From contig JAEUWI010000018.1 of assembly GCA_016791475.1 (NCBI GenBank), positions 49,275 through 113,274 of the forward strand: a stretch of DNA of 64,000 nt, read 5' to 3'. How positions within the stretch are numbered: the first letter of the stretch is position 1; the number at the start of each line of letters is the position of its first letter. Of this stretch, positions 1 through 9,382 are shown piece by piece. Under the pieces are notes generated by a model. That model saw nothing but the letters and a program-made list of their open reading frames with translations, was not told the DNA's origin and did no database searches. The translations under genes and the position numbers were made by a program. This DNA is from Candidatus Hydrogenedentota bacterium. GTDB taxonomy: Bacteria > Hydrogenedentota > Hydrogenedentia > Hydrogenedentales > JAEUWI01.

Positions 1-52
1 CGGAAATTGGAAGCTGACCCAACTCAATACCCATGAAAGCGACGTCCAGAAC

Positions 53-2809
53 ATGAAACCATTCCCCCGCACGCTGCTCACCCTGACCCTCGCCGCCGCC
101 TTTGCGGGCTGCGCCACCTCCGACAAGCTATCGATCATGTCCACTCCCGCGGGCGAGCGCTACGTGGAGCGAGACGTCAACGGCGAAACCATCCTTCCCA
201 ACGGGCGCCTCATCACCCCGGCGGGGCAGATGCATCAGGTACGCCCCCACCCCTACGGCCTCGCCATGAGCCCCGATGGGCGCTGGGTCGTCTCGGTCAG
301 CAGCGACGGCCCCCAGCTTTCCATCCTCGATCTCACCGATCCCGCCTCCCCGAAAATCTCTTACATACCCGAGGAGATCAAGAAGGACGGCGGCGTACTG
401 GATGCCGCCTTCATGGGGGTCGCCATTTCTCCCGACAGCAAGACCGTATACGTGGCTGGCGGACGGGAGTGGAAGGTCTATGCTTTCGCGCTTGAGAATC
501 GCGAGAAACTCTTTGAGATCAACTGCGCCCACACCTCCGAGGGCACGGAGTTCCCCCTCGGCTATCTGGGCGACCTCCGCCTCAGCGCCGACGGCAAGTT
601 CCTCTATGGCGTGGATCAGTTGTTCTTCCGCATGCTGGTGATTGACGTGGAAAAACGCGCCGTAGTCCACTCCGTGCAGGTGGGGCGGTATCCCTTCGGC
701 ATCGCGCTATCTCCGGACGGAACAAAAGCCTTTGTGGCCAATGTGGGCATGTTTGAGTTTTCCTACATGCGCGATAAGGACGGTAATCTCGCCAAGCTCG
801 ATTTCCCGCCCTATGGCGTGCCGTCTGAAGAAGCGGAAAAAGGCGTCACCATCGATGGCGTCATCGCGCCCCCGCTGGGCGATCCGAACGACATTCGCGC
901 CATGTCCGTCTGGACCGCGGACATCACCAATCCCGTCGCCGCGACGATTGTGAACCGCCACAAGACGGGCCACCTTGTGGGGGAGGAATTGGAGGACTTC
1001 CCGGCCGTGGGCGGCAGCAGCCCGAACAGCATGGCCGCAACGAAGGACCACGTCTACATTTCCAACGGCAGCAACGACAGTATCAGCGTCATCAACCTGA
1101 AAACCGGCGAACGTGAGCCGGATATCGACCTCATTCTGGACCAGCGGGTGTCCAATTTTCGCGGTATGATCCCCTTCGGCGTGGCCCTTTCGCCCGATCA
1201 AAAAACGCTCTATGTGGCCGAGGCCGGCATCAACGCCATCGGCGTCGTGCGTCTCGCTGATCGCAAGGTTTTGGGACACCTGCCCACCGCCTGGTTCCCC
1301 AGCAAGCTCGCCGTGTCTCCCGACGGAAAGACCCTGTACGTCGCCTGCGCCAAGGGCATCGGCTCCGGCCCGAGCGGCGGCAAGAACCACAATCCCAACG
1401 ACCCCACCGGTATTGGCGCGCTGATGCGCGGCTATATCAACATCATGCCGATACCCGAAGGCCGGGAGGCCCTCGTCGCATCGACGAAGCAGGTCCTCGA
1501 CAACAACGTGCGCTTTACCCCGCCCGTCGCGGCGCGACCGGTAAATCACCCCGTTCCCGAACCCGCCGGCGCCTGGCCCAGCCCTATCAAGCATGTGATT
1601 TACGTGGCGAAGGAAAACCGCACCTATGACGAAGTCTTTGGCGCCCTTCCCGGGGGCCGCGGTGATGCGGAACTGGCCCGCCTCGGCAAAGCGGGCGATG
1701 TGGTAAATAAAGACGGCACGCGCACTGTGAAGGATGTGGTCCTCATGCCAAACCACATCGCCCTCGCGCGCCGCTTTGCGATCAACGACAACTTCTACTG
1801 CGATTCGGATCACAGCACCGACGGCCACCGCTGGCTCGTGGGCACCTACCCGAACGAATTCATGGAATCGAAAATCGGCGAATCCTCCAAAGGCGAGGGG
1901 CCGGGCGACTTCGCCTTTATCGGCTCCTCCGGCGCCATCTATCCCGAGGATTACAACGAGGGCGGCGCGATTTGGGAACATCTCGAACGCAACGGGATGA
2001 GCTTCTATAACTTCGGCCTGGGCTTCGAGTTCAAGCCGGGTGACGAGGAGCAGGAATACAAGTACACGGGCATCAAGCTCCCCATCAATTATCCCATGCC
2101 CCAGTCACTGTTCGAACGCACCTCGCGAAAGTTTGCCACCTACAACACGAACATCCCTGACCAGTTCCGTATGGACATGTTCATCGAAGAGTTCAACGAG
2201 AAGTGGGCCTCCGGCAAGGAGCCCCTTCCCCGCTTCCTCAGCGTCATGCTGCCCAACGACCACGGCTCCGGCGAACGACCCGACGACGGCTACCCCTTCT
2301 GGGGCTCCTACATGAGCGACAACGACCTGGCGCTCGGTCGCCTCGTAGAACTCATCAGCCACAGCCCCTGGTGGAAGGAAACGGTCATCCTGGTCACCGA
2401 AGACGACGCCCAGGGTTACGTTGACTCCGTGGACGCTCACCGCTCCATCGCCATGGTCATCAGCCCCTACGCGAAGCGGGACTACATCTCCCACACCCAC
2501 ACGAGCCAGGCGAGCATGATTAAAACCTTCTTTGCCATCCTCGGCCTGCCGCCGCTCAACCAATACGACGCCTTCACATCCGACCTGGGCGACGCGTTTA
2601 CACTTGAACCCGAAAACGCCGCGCCCTATAACGCCGTGCCCGTCAATGCGGAAGTCTTCGATCCCGTCAAGGCCTTCGACCCCTTCGACCGCGAATTCAA
2701 TTGGAAGGCCATTAACGATTTCGTGGCCATGGACGATCCGGAATTCCTGGAGAGCGACGAGTATGGTCATTCGAGTGAAAAGGCACACACGCCGCGCGAG
2801 CAGGAGTAA
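53..2809 (+). CDS. Lipoprotein with an N-terminal YVTN/lactonase-type beta-propeller fused to a C-terminal phosphoesterase domain (phospholipase C / AcpA-like)
   Basis: Lipobox-type signal peptide (LAAAFAGC). Repeated SPDGK/SPDS..YV blades. C-terminal HVIYVAKENRTYDEVFG, MLPNDHGSGE and VTEDDAQGYVD motifs typical of the phosphoesterase (PLC / acid phosphatase) family. ORF of 918 aa. Confidence 0.8.
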   Translation: MKPFPRTLLTLTLAAAFAGCATSDKLSIMSTPAGERYVERDVNGETILPNGRLITPAGQMHQVRPHPYGLAMSPDGRWVVSVSSDGPQLSILDLTDPASPKISYIPEEIKKDGGVLDAAFMGVAISPDSKTVYVAGGREWKVYAFALENREKLFEINCAHTSEGTEFPLGYLGDLRLSADGKFLYGVDQLFFRMLVIDVEKRAVVHSVQVGRYPFGIALSPDGTKAFVANVGMFEFSYMRDKDGNLAKLDFPPYGVPSEEAEKGVTIDGVIAPPLGDPNDIRAMSVWTADITNPVAATIVNRHKTGHLVGEELEDFPAVGGSSPNSMAATKDHVYISNGSNDSISVINLKTGEREPDIDLILDQRVSNFRGMIPFGVALSPDQKTLYVAEAGINAIGVVRLADRKVLGHLPTAWFPSKLAVSPDGKTLYVACAKGIGSGPSGGKNHNPNDPTGIGALMRGYINIMPIPEGREALVASTKQVLDNNVRFTPPVAARPVNHPVPEPAGAWPSPIKHVIYVAKENRTYDEVFGALPGGRGDAELARLGKAGDVVNKDGTRTVKDVVLMPNHIALARRFAINDNFYCDSDHSTDGHRWLVGTYPNEFMESKIGESSKGEGPGDFAFIGSSGAIYPEDYNEGGAIWEHLERNGMSFYNFGLGFEFKPGDEEQEYKYTGIKLPINYPMPQSLFERTSRKFATYNTNIPDQFRMDMFIEEFNEKWASGKEPLPRFLSVMLPNDHGSGERPDDGYPFWGSYMSDNDLALGRLVELISHSPWWKETVILVTEDDAQGYVDSVDAHRSIAMVISPYAKRDYISHTHTSQASMIKTFFAILGLPPLNQYDAFTSDLGDAFTLEPENAAPYNAVPVNAEVFDPVKAFDPFDREFNWKAINDFVAMDDPEFLESDEYGHSSEKAHTPREQE

Positions 2810-2876
2810 TCGAATCGTTCGGGTATGGCCCATATCGGTCCCGTAGCACGTTGGTCATCGAGTGCCGAGGAATTTT

Positions 2877-3066
2877 AACCACGAATGGACACGAATCCAC
2901 ACAAATAAGAAAGACAAATTCAACGCACGATTTCGCTCTTTGTAAGCATTGTAGCAACCTAAATATTGGTTCCTGACCCGGCAATCACGAGTCGCGGTAT
3001 GTAGTATGGCGACAAGCTGCACTAAGCTTCCCTCTTATTCGTGTGAATTCGTGTCCATTCGTGGTT
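2877..3066. repeat. Perfect 20-bp inverted repeat (AACCACGAATGGACACGAAT / ATTCGTGTCCATTCGTGGTT) enclosing about 150 bp of AT-rich DNA; imperfect extension to about 35 bp per arm
   Basis: Seen directly at 2877-2896 and 3047-3066. The arms resemble the hairpin downstream of the next gene at 4430-4562. Confidence 0.7.
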
Positions 3067-3169
3067 GGTTCGTTCAGACATCGTGAAGCCAGATTACTGC
3101 TCAACGCGAATTTTTCGGATGGCTGCGTCGTGCAGGGGCATGAAACCGTCAACGTGGAGATTGGTCTCA

Positions 3170-4372
3170 ATGGATACCACCTTTCAATCGCATCGATTCC
3201 TTCTTCACTGCACCTTGGTGGTGGCGGCCATCTTGTTCCCACTTCACCGGGCCAGCGCGGAGCCAAACGAATACCTCATCGGTTACTACGGCGTGGGCGC
3301 TTCGGGTAGTAAGGTCGCCCATGTGATCGGGTTGATCCGGCCCGACGGCACGGACGAGCAGTTTCCGGCTTTTGATAAGCCCAACCAGCACAGTTGGGTC
3401 TTTGGACCGCAGTTCTCCAACGGGCGCCGCATCTTCCTCGGCAGCTCGGAAGAATTGGATGTCGCCAAAGTGCGCGCCGGCAAGGCCATGACGCGGGATT
3501 GGATTTACGATCTCCACACGAGCACCCTCGAAGCCGCCTGCGAAAAAGACCGTCAGGCGGATCAGCTCCGGCCTTACGCCCTTATTGCGGATGATACACG
3601 CCTTATCGAGACCGCGTATATCGGTAGCGAGGAACGTATCTTTATCAAGGATCTGGATGGTGCCAATGCGGTCGAACTCACCCACGAAAACGGCGGCTTT
3701 CACTACGCGCTGGAACTCAGCCACGACAAGTCGCGCATCGCCTGCCACGTCACCGGCGGCAAACCCGATTTCTACAATCCAGGGATGTACTCCATCAATG
3801 TGTTCGACCTCGAATCCGGAAAGCGCACTTTCGTTGCGGGCCAGCCGGAGCATCTGATGTTCGGGCCCCACTGGTCGCCCGACGATACCCGACTCGTTTA
3901 CCTCGATTGCCTCGCCGCGCAGGACCCTGCCCACTTCCGCGCCGCCCTTGCGGTGGGAAAGGCGGACGGCTCGGAGCATCGCGCGATCACCCCCGGCCAG
4001 ACCCACTGGTTCGGCACCCCCTACGGATCCAACATGTCCGAATGGTCGCCCGACGGCCAGACCGTGACCTATACCCGCCTCTCGGAGAATGCGACGAGAG
4101 ACATGAGCGCGGGCGGCTCCCAACTCTGCCTGCTGAATCCGGACACCGGCGCGATTACGGAATTGACACCCGCCGAAGAAGGGACGTGGGACTACCGGGC
4201 CGCCTGGGCGCCCGACGGTAGCGTCATCGCCTTCGCGCGCGTCAAGAACGGCGGCGTCCGCGAACTCTGGCTCATGAACCCCGACGGATCCAATCCCCGG
4301 CGCCTCACCGATGGCTACGAACACCGGGGCGCGGATCACTTCCGTTGGTTGAAGGTGGCGCGCAGGGACTGA
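3170..4372 (+). CDS. TolB-like periplasmic beta-propeller protein (PD40 / WD40-like beta-propeller repeats)
   Basis: Signal-like hydrophobic N-terminus after M at 3170 (MDTTFQSHRFLLHCTLVVAAILFPLHRASA). Repeated WSPDD/WSPDG/WAPDG blades. The long ORF starts at 3065, but its N-terminal 35 aa look non-coding. Confidence 0.7.
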   Translation: MDTTFQSHRFLLHCTLVVAAILFPLHRASAEPNEYLIGYYGVGASGSKVAHVIGLIRPDGTDEQFPAFDKPNQHSWVFGPQFSNGRRIFLGSSEELDVAKVRAGKAMTRDWIYDLHTSTLEAACEKDRQADQLRPYALIADDTRLIETAYIGSEERIFIKDLDGANAVELTHENGGFHYALELSHDKSRIACHVTGGKPDFYNPGMYSINVFDLESGKRTFVAGQPEHLMFGPHWSPDDTRLVYLDCLAAQDPAHFRAALAVGKADGSEHRAITPGQTHWFGTPYGSNMSEWSPDGQTVTYTRLSENATRDMSAGGSQLCLLNPDTGAITELTPAEEGTWDYRAAWAPDGSVIAFARVKNGGVRELWLMNPDGSNPRRLTDGYEHRGADHFRWLKVARRD

Positions 4373-4429
4373 CGCGGGCCAACAATCAAGTGCACCGTGT
4401 ACTGAGTGCATGCTGTTGACCGAAAAAGG

Positions 4430-4524
4430 GATTTTAACCACAAAGAACACAAAGACCTCAAAGGAGAACTATTTGCTGTTCCTATGCGTTCTTTGCGCTC
4501 TTTGTGGTTAAATCTTTTTTATTT
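4430..4524 (+). terminator. Long-stem rho-independent terminator after the TolB-like gene
   Basis: Inverted arms of about 25 bp (GATTTTAACCACAAAGAACACAAAGA ... TCTTTGCGCTCTTTGTGGTTAAATC) followed by TTTTTTATTT. Confidence 0.6.
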
Positions 4525-4611
4525 ACTATTCGCGTAAATTTGCGTCCATTCGCGGTTCAACTCTATTCTGGTCCGTATATTTTTGACACGTTTACACACG
4601 GGAGCGCTGGA

Positions 4612-5922
4612 ATGTCGCAGAAGATTACCGCCATCGGGATACTCGTCACCCTGCTGTGCCTCAGCACCTTCGCCATGGCGCAGGAGGTCCCAACGCCTCC
4701 AACCCCCGAGGCCCTGGCCACCGCAGCCGCCCCATCCCACGAGCCCGTCCCCGTGCCTCAGGCCGACGAACTCACCATGCAGCGTTATCGCTCCGGCAAT
4801 ATCGTCTGGGCGGTCAACCAACTCCTTGGCCTCGGCATCCCCCTGCTCTTCCTCGCCACGGGCTGGTCCGCGCGCCTTCGGGACAAATCCGCCCAGTGGG
4901 GCAAGCGCTGGTATTTCACCCTCGCGATCTACTTCACGCTCCTCAGCCTCGCCATGGGACTGCTCCAGCTTCCCTGGTCCTTCTACGTGGAGTTCGTCCG
5001 CGAACACGCCTACGGTCTCTCCAACCAGACTTTCGGCAAGTGGCTGAAAGACACCGCCATCACCACCCTTCTGGGTATCGTCGTAGGCGTGGCCATCATA
5101 TGGGTACCCTACTTGCTCCTGAATAAAAGTCCCCGCCGCTGGTGGCTCTATACCGGCCTCCTCGTGCTGCCCCTGCTCATCCTCCAGGTCTTTATCACGC
5201 CCATCTGGATCGAGCCCCTCTTTAATAAATTCGACACCATGAAAGATAAAGCGCTGGAAGAAAAAATTCTCGCACTCGCCGCCCGCGCCGGCATCGATGG
5301 CGCCCGCGTCTTCGAAGTGGAAAAGAGCGAAGACACCAAGGCTGTCAACGCCTACGTCAACGGCTTCATGGACACCAAGCGCATCGTCCTCTGGGACACG
5401 GCCATCGAGAAGCTCAAAGAAGACGAGCTTCTCTTCGTCATGGGCCACGAAATGGGCCACTTCGTCATGAACCACGTCGCCCGCTTCATCGTCCTCGGCT
5501 TCGTCCTGACCTTCATCTCCTTCTACCTCGTCCACCGCCTATCCGGTGCCCTCATCCGCCGCTACGGCGCGCGCTGGGGCTTCACCGAACTTTCCGACTT
5601 CGCCTCCCTCCCCCTCATCCTCTTTATGATGAGCGCCATGTCCCTCGTCATCACGCCCGCCATCTTCGGCATCACCCGCTACCACGAACACGAAGCCGAC
5701 CGCTTCGGCCTCGAGCTCACCCATCTCAACCACGCCGCCGCCACCGGCTTCGTCACCCTGCAGCAGGAAAACCTCGCCAACCCCAATCCCGGCTGGTTCT
5801 TCACCCTCTGGCGCGGCAGCCACCCCAGCATCGCCCAGCGCATCGAGTTCTTCAATACCTATCGGCCCTGGGAAACGGGCGAGCCATTGAAGTACGGGGA
5901 GTTGTTTGAGGAGGGGAAGTAG
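4612..5922 (+). CDS. M48-family zinc metallopeptidase (Ste24/HtpX-like), membrane protein
   Basis: HEMGH zinc-binding motif (VMGHEMGHFVMNH), signal peptide and several TM helices. GGGAG Shine-Dalgarno 9 nt upstream of the ATG at 4612. The N-terminal 36 aa of the longer ORF are AT-rich and unlike the rest. Confidence 0.85.
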   Translation: MSQKITAIGILVTLLCLSTFAMAQEVPTPPTPEALATAAAPSHEPVPVPQADELTMQRYRSGNIVWAVNQLLGLGIPLLFLATGWSARLRDKSAQWGKRWYFTLAIYFTLLSLAMGLLQLPWSFYVEFVREHAYGLSNQTFGKWLKDTAITTLLGIVVGVAIIWVPYLLLNKSPRRWWLYTGLLVLPLLILQVFITPIWIEPLFNKFDTMKDKALEEKILALAARAGIDGARVFEVEKSEDTKAVNAYVNGFMDTKRIVLWDTAIEKLKEDELLFVMGHEMGHFVMNHVARFIVLGFVLTFISFYLVHRLSGALIRRYGARWGFTELSDFASLPLILFMMSAMSLVITPAIFGITRYHEHEADRFGLELTHLNHAAATGFVTLQQENLANPNPGWFFTLWRGSHPSIAQRIEFFNTYRPWETGEPLKYGELFEEGK

Positions 5923-6259
5923 TTGGGACACGCGCACAGAATACACCGATTTCCCGGACGTGCCACAGGAATCTGTTCTACGATTTTTTTTTGCAAATCT
6001 GCCGAACCAAAATGCGAATTGAGATCCAATTGCGGGGCGTCTGAAGCTGGTCCATGCGCGAGCCTGATGAGAAGATGGTCTCGCTTTAATGGTCGGATGG
6101 AATCAGCAATACGACGCTTGTGTAACATCAACCACATAGATAAGCCAGAGGCAATCTGGAGTGCCTCCGAGAGTAGTATCGAGGCGATAATTGTTATAGT
6201 ATTGCTTCGAGTTCTCCATCTCTGGGGGCCTTGTATACTTTAGATAACGAGGGAATAAT

Positions 6260-9200
6260 ATGAGTGCGGTGTTGAATCTGAATTCGTTGGAAGACGCTAG
6301 GCTTTGGAAAAAGCTACAAGACGGTTTTGTCAATACAAACCAAAATGATATCGCCGCCGAACTTTCAGGAATTGTCAAGGCTGCATGTACGACTGCTGCA
6401 GACCGGATAAAGAGATTTCCGTACTACCATCCCGAGTTCACTGTGCACGATGAGCGCCATCTCCTCCGAGTGACAGAACTCATGGCTATGATTCTTGGCG
6501 ATGGCATCGATCACCTCAATGCGGTTGAGATTGCTCTGCTTATACTTTCTGCATATTTCCACGATCAAGGAATGGTTCCCGAGTCAGATGAATGGGAGAA
6601 ACTGAAGGAATCGCCAGAGTTTTTGCTCTCCCTAGAGCGATGGAACCAAGACCATCCAAATGTCAGTGATATTCGGCGACAATTAGAAGATCCGCGATTC
6701 ACTGATCAGGAGAAGGACGCGCTATCCGAGAAACTGCAGCAACATTTGGATGCTCATCGCACCAGTTTCCTACGGATGACGCACGGTGAACGAGCGGAGC
6801 AACTTGTCATTCGCCTGTATGGGGCGGCTTCAAGGCTTTCTGTTGCCGGAGTTGAACTTGCCCCATACTTAGGCCGACTATGCGCCTCCCATGCGTGGCC
6901 AGCCGCGAGATTGACGGACGAAAACGGGTTTCGCCCGGATCAATCGATCGGCAGCTTTAGCGTGAATCTTCGATTCCTTGCAGTGGTGTTACGCGTCGCG
7001 GACATACTGGACTTTGATCGGGACCGCACACCGGAACCACTACTGCGCACGATTAACTTTTCCAGTGCGGTTAGCTTCATTGAGTGGTCCAAACACAGAT
7101 CCGTCGAGGGGTGGTCGATTTCAAGTGAGCGAATTCGATTTACTCTGGCATGTGAACATCCGGTGTATCAAAAGGCCGCGTACGAATTCATGGACGCCAT
7201 CGATCACGAACTTCGCGAAGCCCATCGAATCATCGACGAGTTCCCCCGAGGGAGGACGCCTGCGCATTACGTATTGAGTCTCCCGCGCCAGGTGGAACGC
7301 GACCGAATAGAACCTAAAAACAATCAGTATCGGTATGCCGATCTTGAGTTCAGTTTGTCACGAGACGAGATCGTTAAATTGCTGATGACCGACAAACTAT
7401 ACAGCAACAATTCTCTTTTTGTCCGTGAACTCATGCAGAACAGCCTCGACGCATTGCGACACAGGGTCGCTATTTACGGAAAAGGCCAGCCAGATTGGGA
7501 AGGGGGGGAAATATCAATCAAGCATTTTGTTGACTCAGATGGGAATCAGGTCGTTCAGTGCGTCGACAATGGAATCGGAATGGATGAACTATTGATTCGG
7601 AATTTTCTAACCAATGTTGGAAGAAGTTACTACCGCTCTCCTGAGTTTGCTCAGCAACGTGTTGCATTTAGAGAGAAAGGTGTTGATTTCGAGCCTTGTT
7701 CGCAATTCGGTATCGGGTTTATGTCGTGCTTCATGTTTGGCGATCAGATTCTAATAAAGACGCGAAAGGACTATGGTCCTGGTCTCGGATACGGTGAGCC
7801 TCTAGAGATTGAGATTAGTGGCCTAGGTGGACTGCTAGTAATAAGGAATGGAAAGGTTGACCAGCTTGTCGGTACGACGGTCGAGATTACCGGCCCGCGA
7901 AAGCCCGTATTCCTAGACAGTTGGGCGGACGACGTGAGGCTCTGTTCTGTCGTGAATGGCTATGCACTTGCCACGGAGTATCGAATCGTTGCAGAAACGT
8001 CAATCGCGGAAATCGCAGAGAAAATTGAGGTTCCGATGCAGCCGGCTTTTAGACGAACGCTTGTCGAGGTAGCCGGGATTGAGAAAAGGCAGGTAATAGA
8101 ATTCTGTCTGTCGGAAGAAGACTCCAGACTTGGTGGAAAAATAAGAATTGGGCTATTGGTTGATGATCGTGGCGTTCCCTGTATAAAGAACAGCGAAGCT
8201 CACTGGGAGATGCGAAAGACTAGACCAGACCGTGGTCTTCACCTGGTGAAGGGGGCTACAAGCACAAGGTTTCATGGCCCATTCAATGAGTCCGCGATTT
8301 GTATGGACGGTATCCTAATCTGCGGTGACCCCGGGCGCGAAGACGATGGTGATGATCTTGTGGGGCGCCTTGGTTCCAGGGCTAATCCAATTGGGCTTGG
8401 GGACCCATATTTGGTCGACATTCGAGGCGACCTCAAACCAGTAATTACACCCTCCCGAACGCCTCCCGAAAGCTCTCTAGGATATAGAGAAGATCCCACT
8501 TGGGCCCGTGTCGGCGACATTCTTCGGCATTCGCATGCGAAAGCTTGGTGTCCCGTTCTAGAAGCGACCCAGCAGGGTCTCTTGCATCTCGACTTTTGGC
8601 GCTTGTCCCTAATACATCAGATACCTATTCATATAATGCCTGCAGACTTGCTTTGGAAGCATATCCAACTCCCAGCGATTGTTAGCGAGCTCGATAAAAC
8701 GTCAGAATGGATTCCACTATCAGATATTGGCACCTTAGAAGATGGATCCTATGGAGAGAAGGACAAGCGGAGAATAGTGTTTTCCGTAAAGGACGGTAGA
8801 CGGATCGAGTTTGGGGATGATGTGGAATCGTGGAACGTAGGGAGGTCCAGCAGCTTAGATTTGAAGCTTATGAGATTGCTCCTGCGCTTCACGCAAATAA
8901 GTCTCGAAGGGAATGAAGTATTCCTCTCAGTTTCAAAGCTGCAATCGCCGGGTTCGTCGGATGCGGAGTTGGTCCTTGCCGATGGGTTCAGGTCACATAT
9001 ATTCGCAATAGAGTATACGGGCGATGCAAGTAGCTTACTATCGGTGCAACGTGAGTTTTCAAATGTCAATCGGAATCATCCAATAGTTCGATACGTTCAG
9101 CAATTTCGACATATCCCGTATCGTGAACGCACAGACTTGCAGCAGTACTGTGCAAGCGTCTTGTGGGTACTTGCGAATGACGAGAACATGCCCGCCCTTG

Positions 9201-9382
9201 GAATGAGAAACGTGAATGAAGGTAGACAGTACAGACGGCTAGGAACGATCTTCAGGGCGATTGATAGCTCCCGATACCGCGATCTGGCTCCGCCATATAG
9301 TATTTGGACTAAGGATGGCGGAATCGTTGAAATTACCCACGATGATTTAATTCGTTGGTCCGAATTTCCCCCAGATGACTAA
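6260..9382 (+). CDS. Large protein (1040 aa) fusing an HD-type phosphohydrolase motif to an Hsp90/HtpG-like GHKL ATPase, with an uncharacterised C-terminal region of about 500 aa; encoded in a low-GC island
   Basis: HD signature (HPEFTVHDERH ... SAYFHDQG). Hsp90 N-domain signature KLYSNNSLFVRELMQNSLDALRHR (compare [21 protein letters not shown] in Hsp90), plus DNGIGM and GIGFMS Bergerat-fold boxes. Clean 1040-aa ORF whose codon and GC content are markedly lower than the neighbours. Confidence 0.8.
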   Translation: MSAVLNLNSLEDARLWKKLQDGFVNTNQNDIAAELSGIVKAACTTAADRIKRFPYYHPEFTVHDERHLLRVTELMAMILGDGIDHLNAVEIALLILSAYFHDQGMVPESDEWEKLKESPEFLLSLERWNQDHPNVSDIRRQLEDPRFTDQEKDALSEKLQQHLDAHRTSFLRMTHGERAEQLVIRLYGAASRLSVAGVELAPYLGRLCASHAWPAARLTDENGFRPDQSIGSFSVNLRFLAVVLRVADILDFDRDRTPEPLLRTINFSSAVSFIEWSKHRSVEGWSISSERIRFTLACEHPVYQKAAYEFMDAIDHELREAHRIIDEFPRGRTPAHYVLSLPRQVERDRIEPKNNQYRYADLEFSLSRDEIVKLLMTDKLYSNNSLFVRELMQNSLDALRHRVAIYGKGQPDWEGGEISIKHFVDSDGNQVVQCVDNGIGMDELLIRNFLTNVGRSYYRSPEFAQQRVAFREKGVDFEPCSQFGIGFMSCFMFGDQILIKTRKDYGPGLGYGEPLEIEISGLGGLLVIRNGKVDQLVGTTVEITGPRKPVFLDSWADDVRLCSVVNGYALATEYRIVAETSIAEIAEKIEVPMQPAFRRTLVEVAGIEKRQVIEFCLSEEDSRLGGKIRIGLLVDDRGVPCIKNSEAHWEMRKTRPDRGLHLVKGATSTRFHGPFNESAICMDGILICGDPGREDDGDDLVGRLGSRANPIGLGDPYLVDIRGDLKPVITPSRTPPESSLGYREDPTWARVGDILRHSHAKAWCPVLEATQQGLLHLDFWRLSLIHQIPIHIMPADLLWKHIQLPAIVSELDKTSEWIPLSDIGTLEDGSYGEKDKRRIVFSVKDGRRIEFGDDVESWNVGRSSSLDLKLMRLLLRFTQISLEGNEVFLSVSKLQSPGSSDAELVLADGFRSHIFAIEYTGDASSLLSVQREFSNVNRNHPIVRYVQQFRHIPYRERTDLQQYCASVLWVLANDENMPALGMRNVNEGRQYRRLGTIFRAIDSSRYRDLAPPYSIWTKDGGIVEITHDDLIRWSEFPPDD

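Noticed and set aside
707-1981. 424-aa minus-strand ORF antisense to the first gene; similar long antisense ORFs at 9832-11052, 11119-12498, 16487-18550, 38038-39765, 49144-51570, 54929-56599 and 57349-58374
   Set aside because: These are typical shadow ORFs of a high-GC genome. They are Arg/Gly/Ala-rich low-complexity translations with no motifs, and each is fully contained in a motif-rich gene on the opposite strand.
4504-4611. Upstream extension of the M48 peptidase ORF (MVKSFLFTIRVNL...)
   Set aside because: The extension lies inside the terminator hairpin of the preceding gene and in AT-rich DNA. A good Shine-Dalgarno precedes the internal ATG at 4612, which is followed by a signal peptide.
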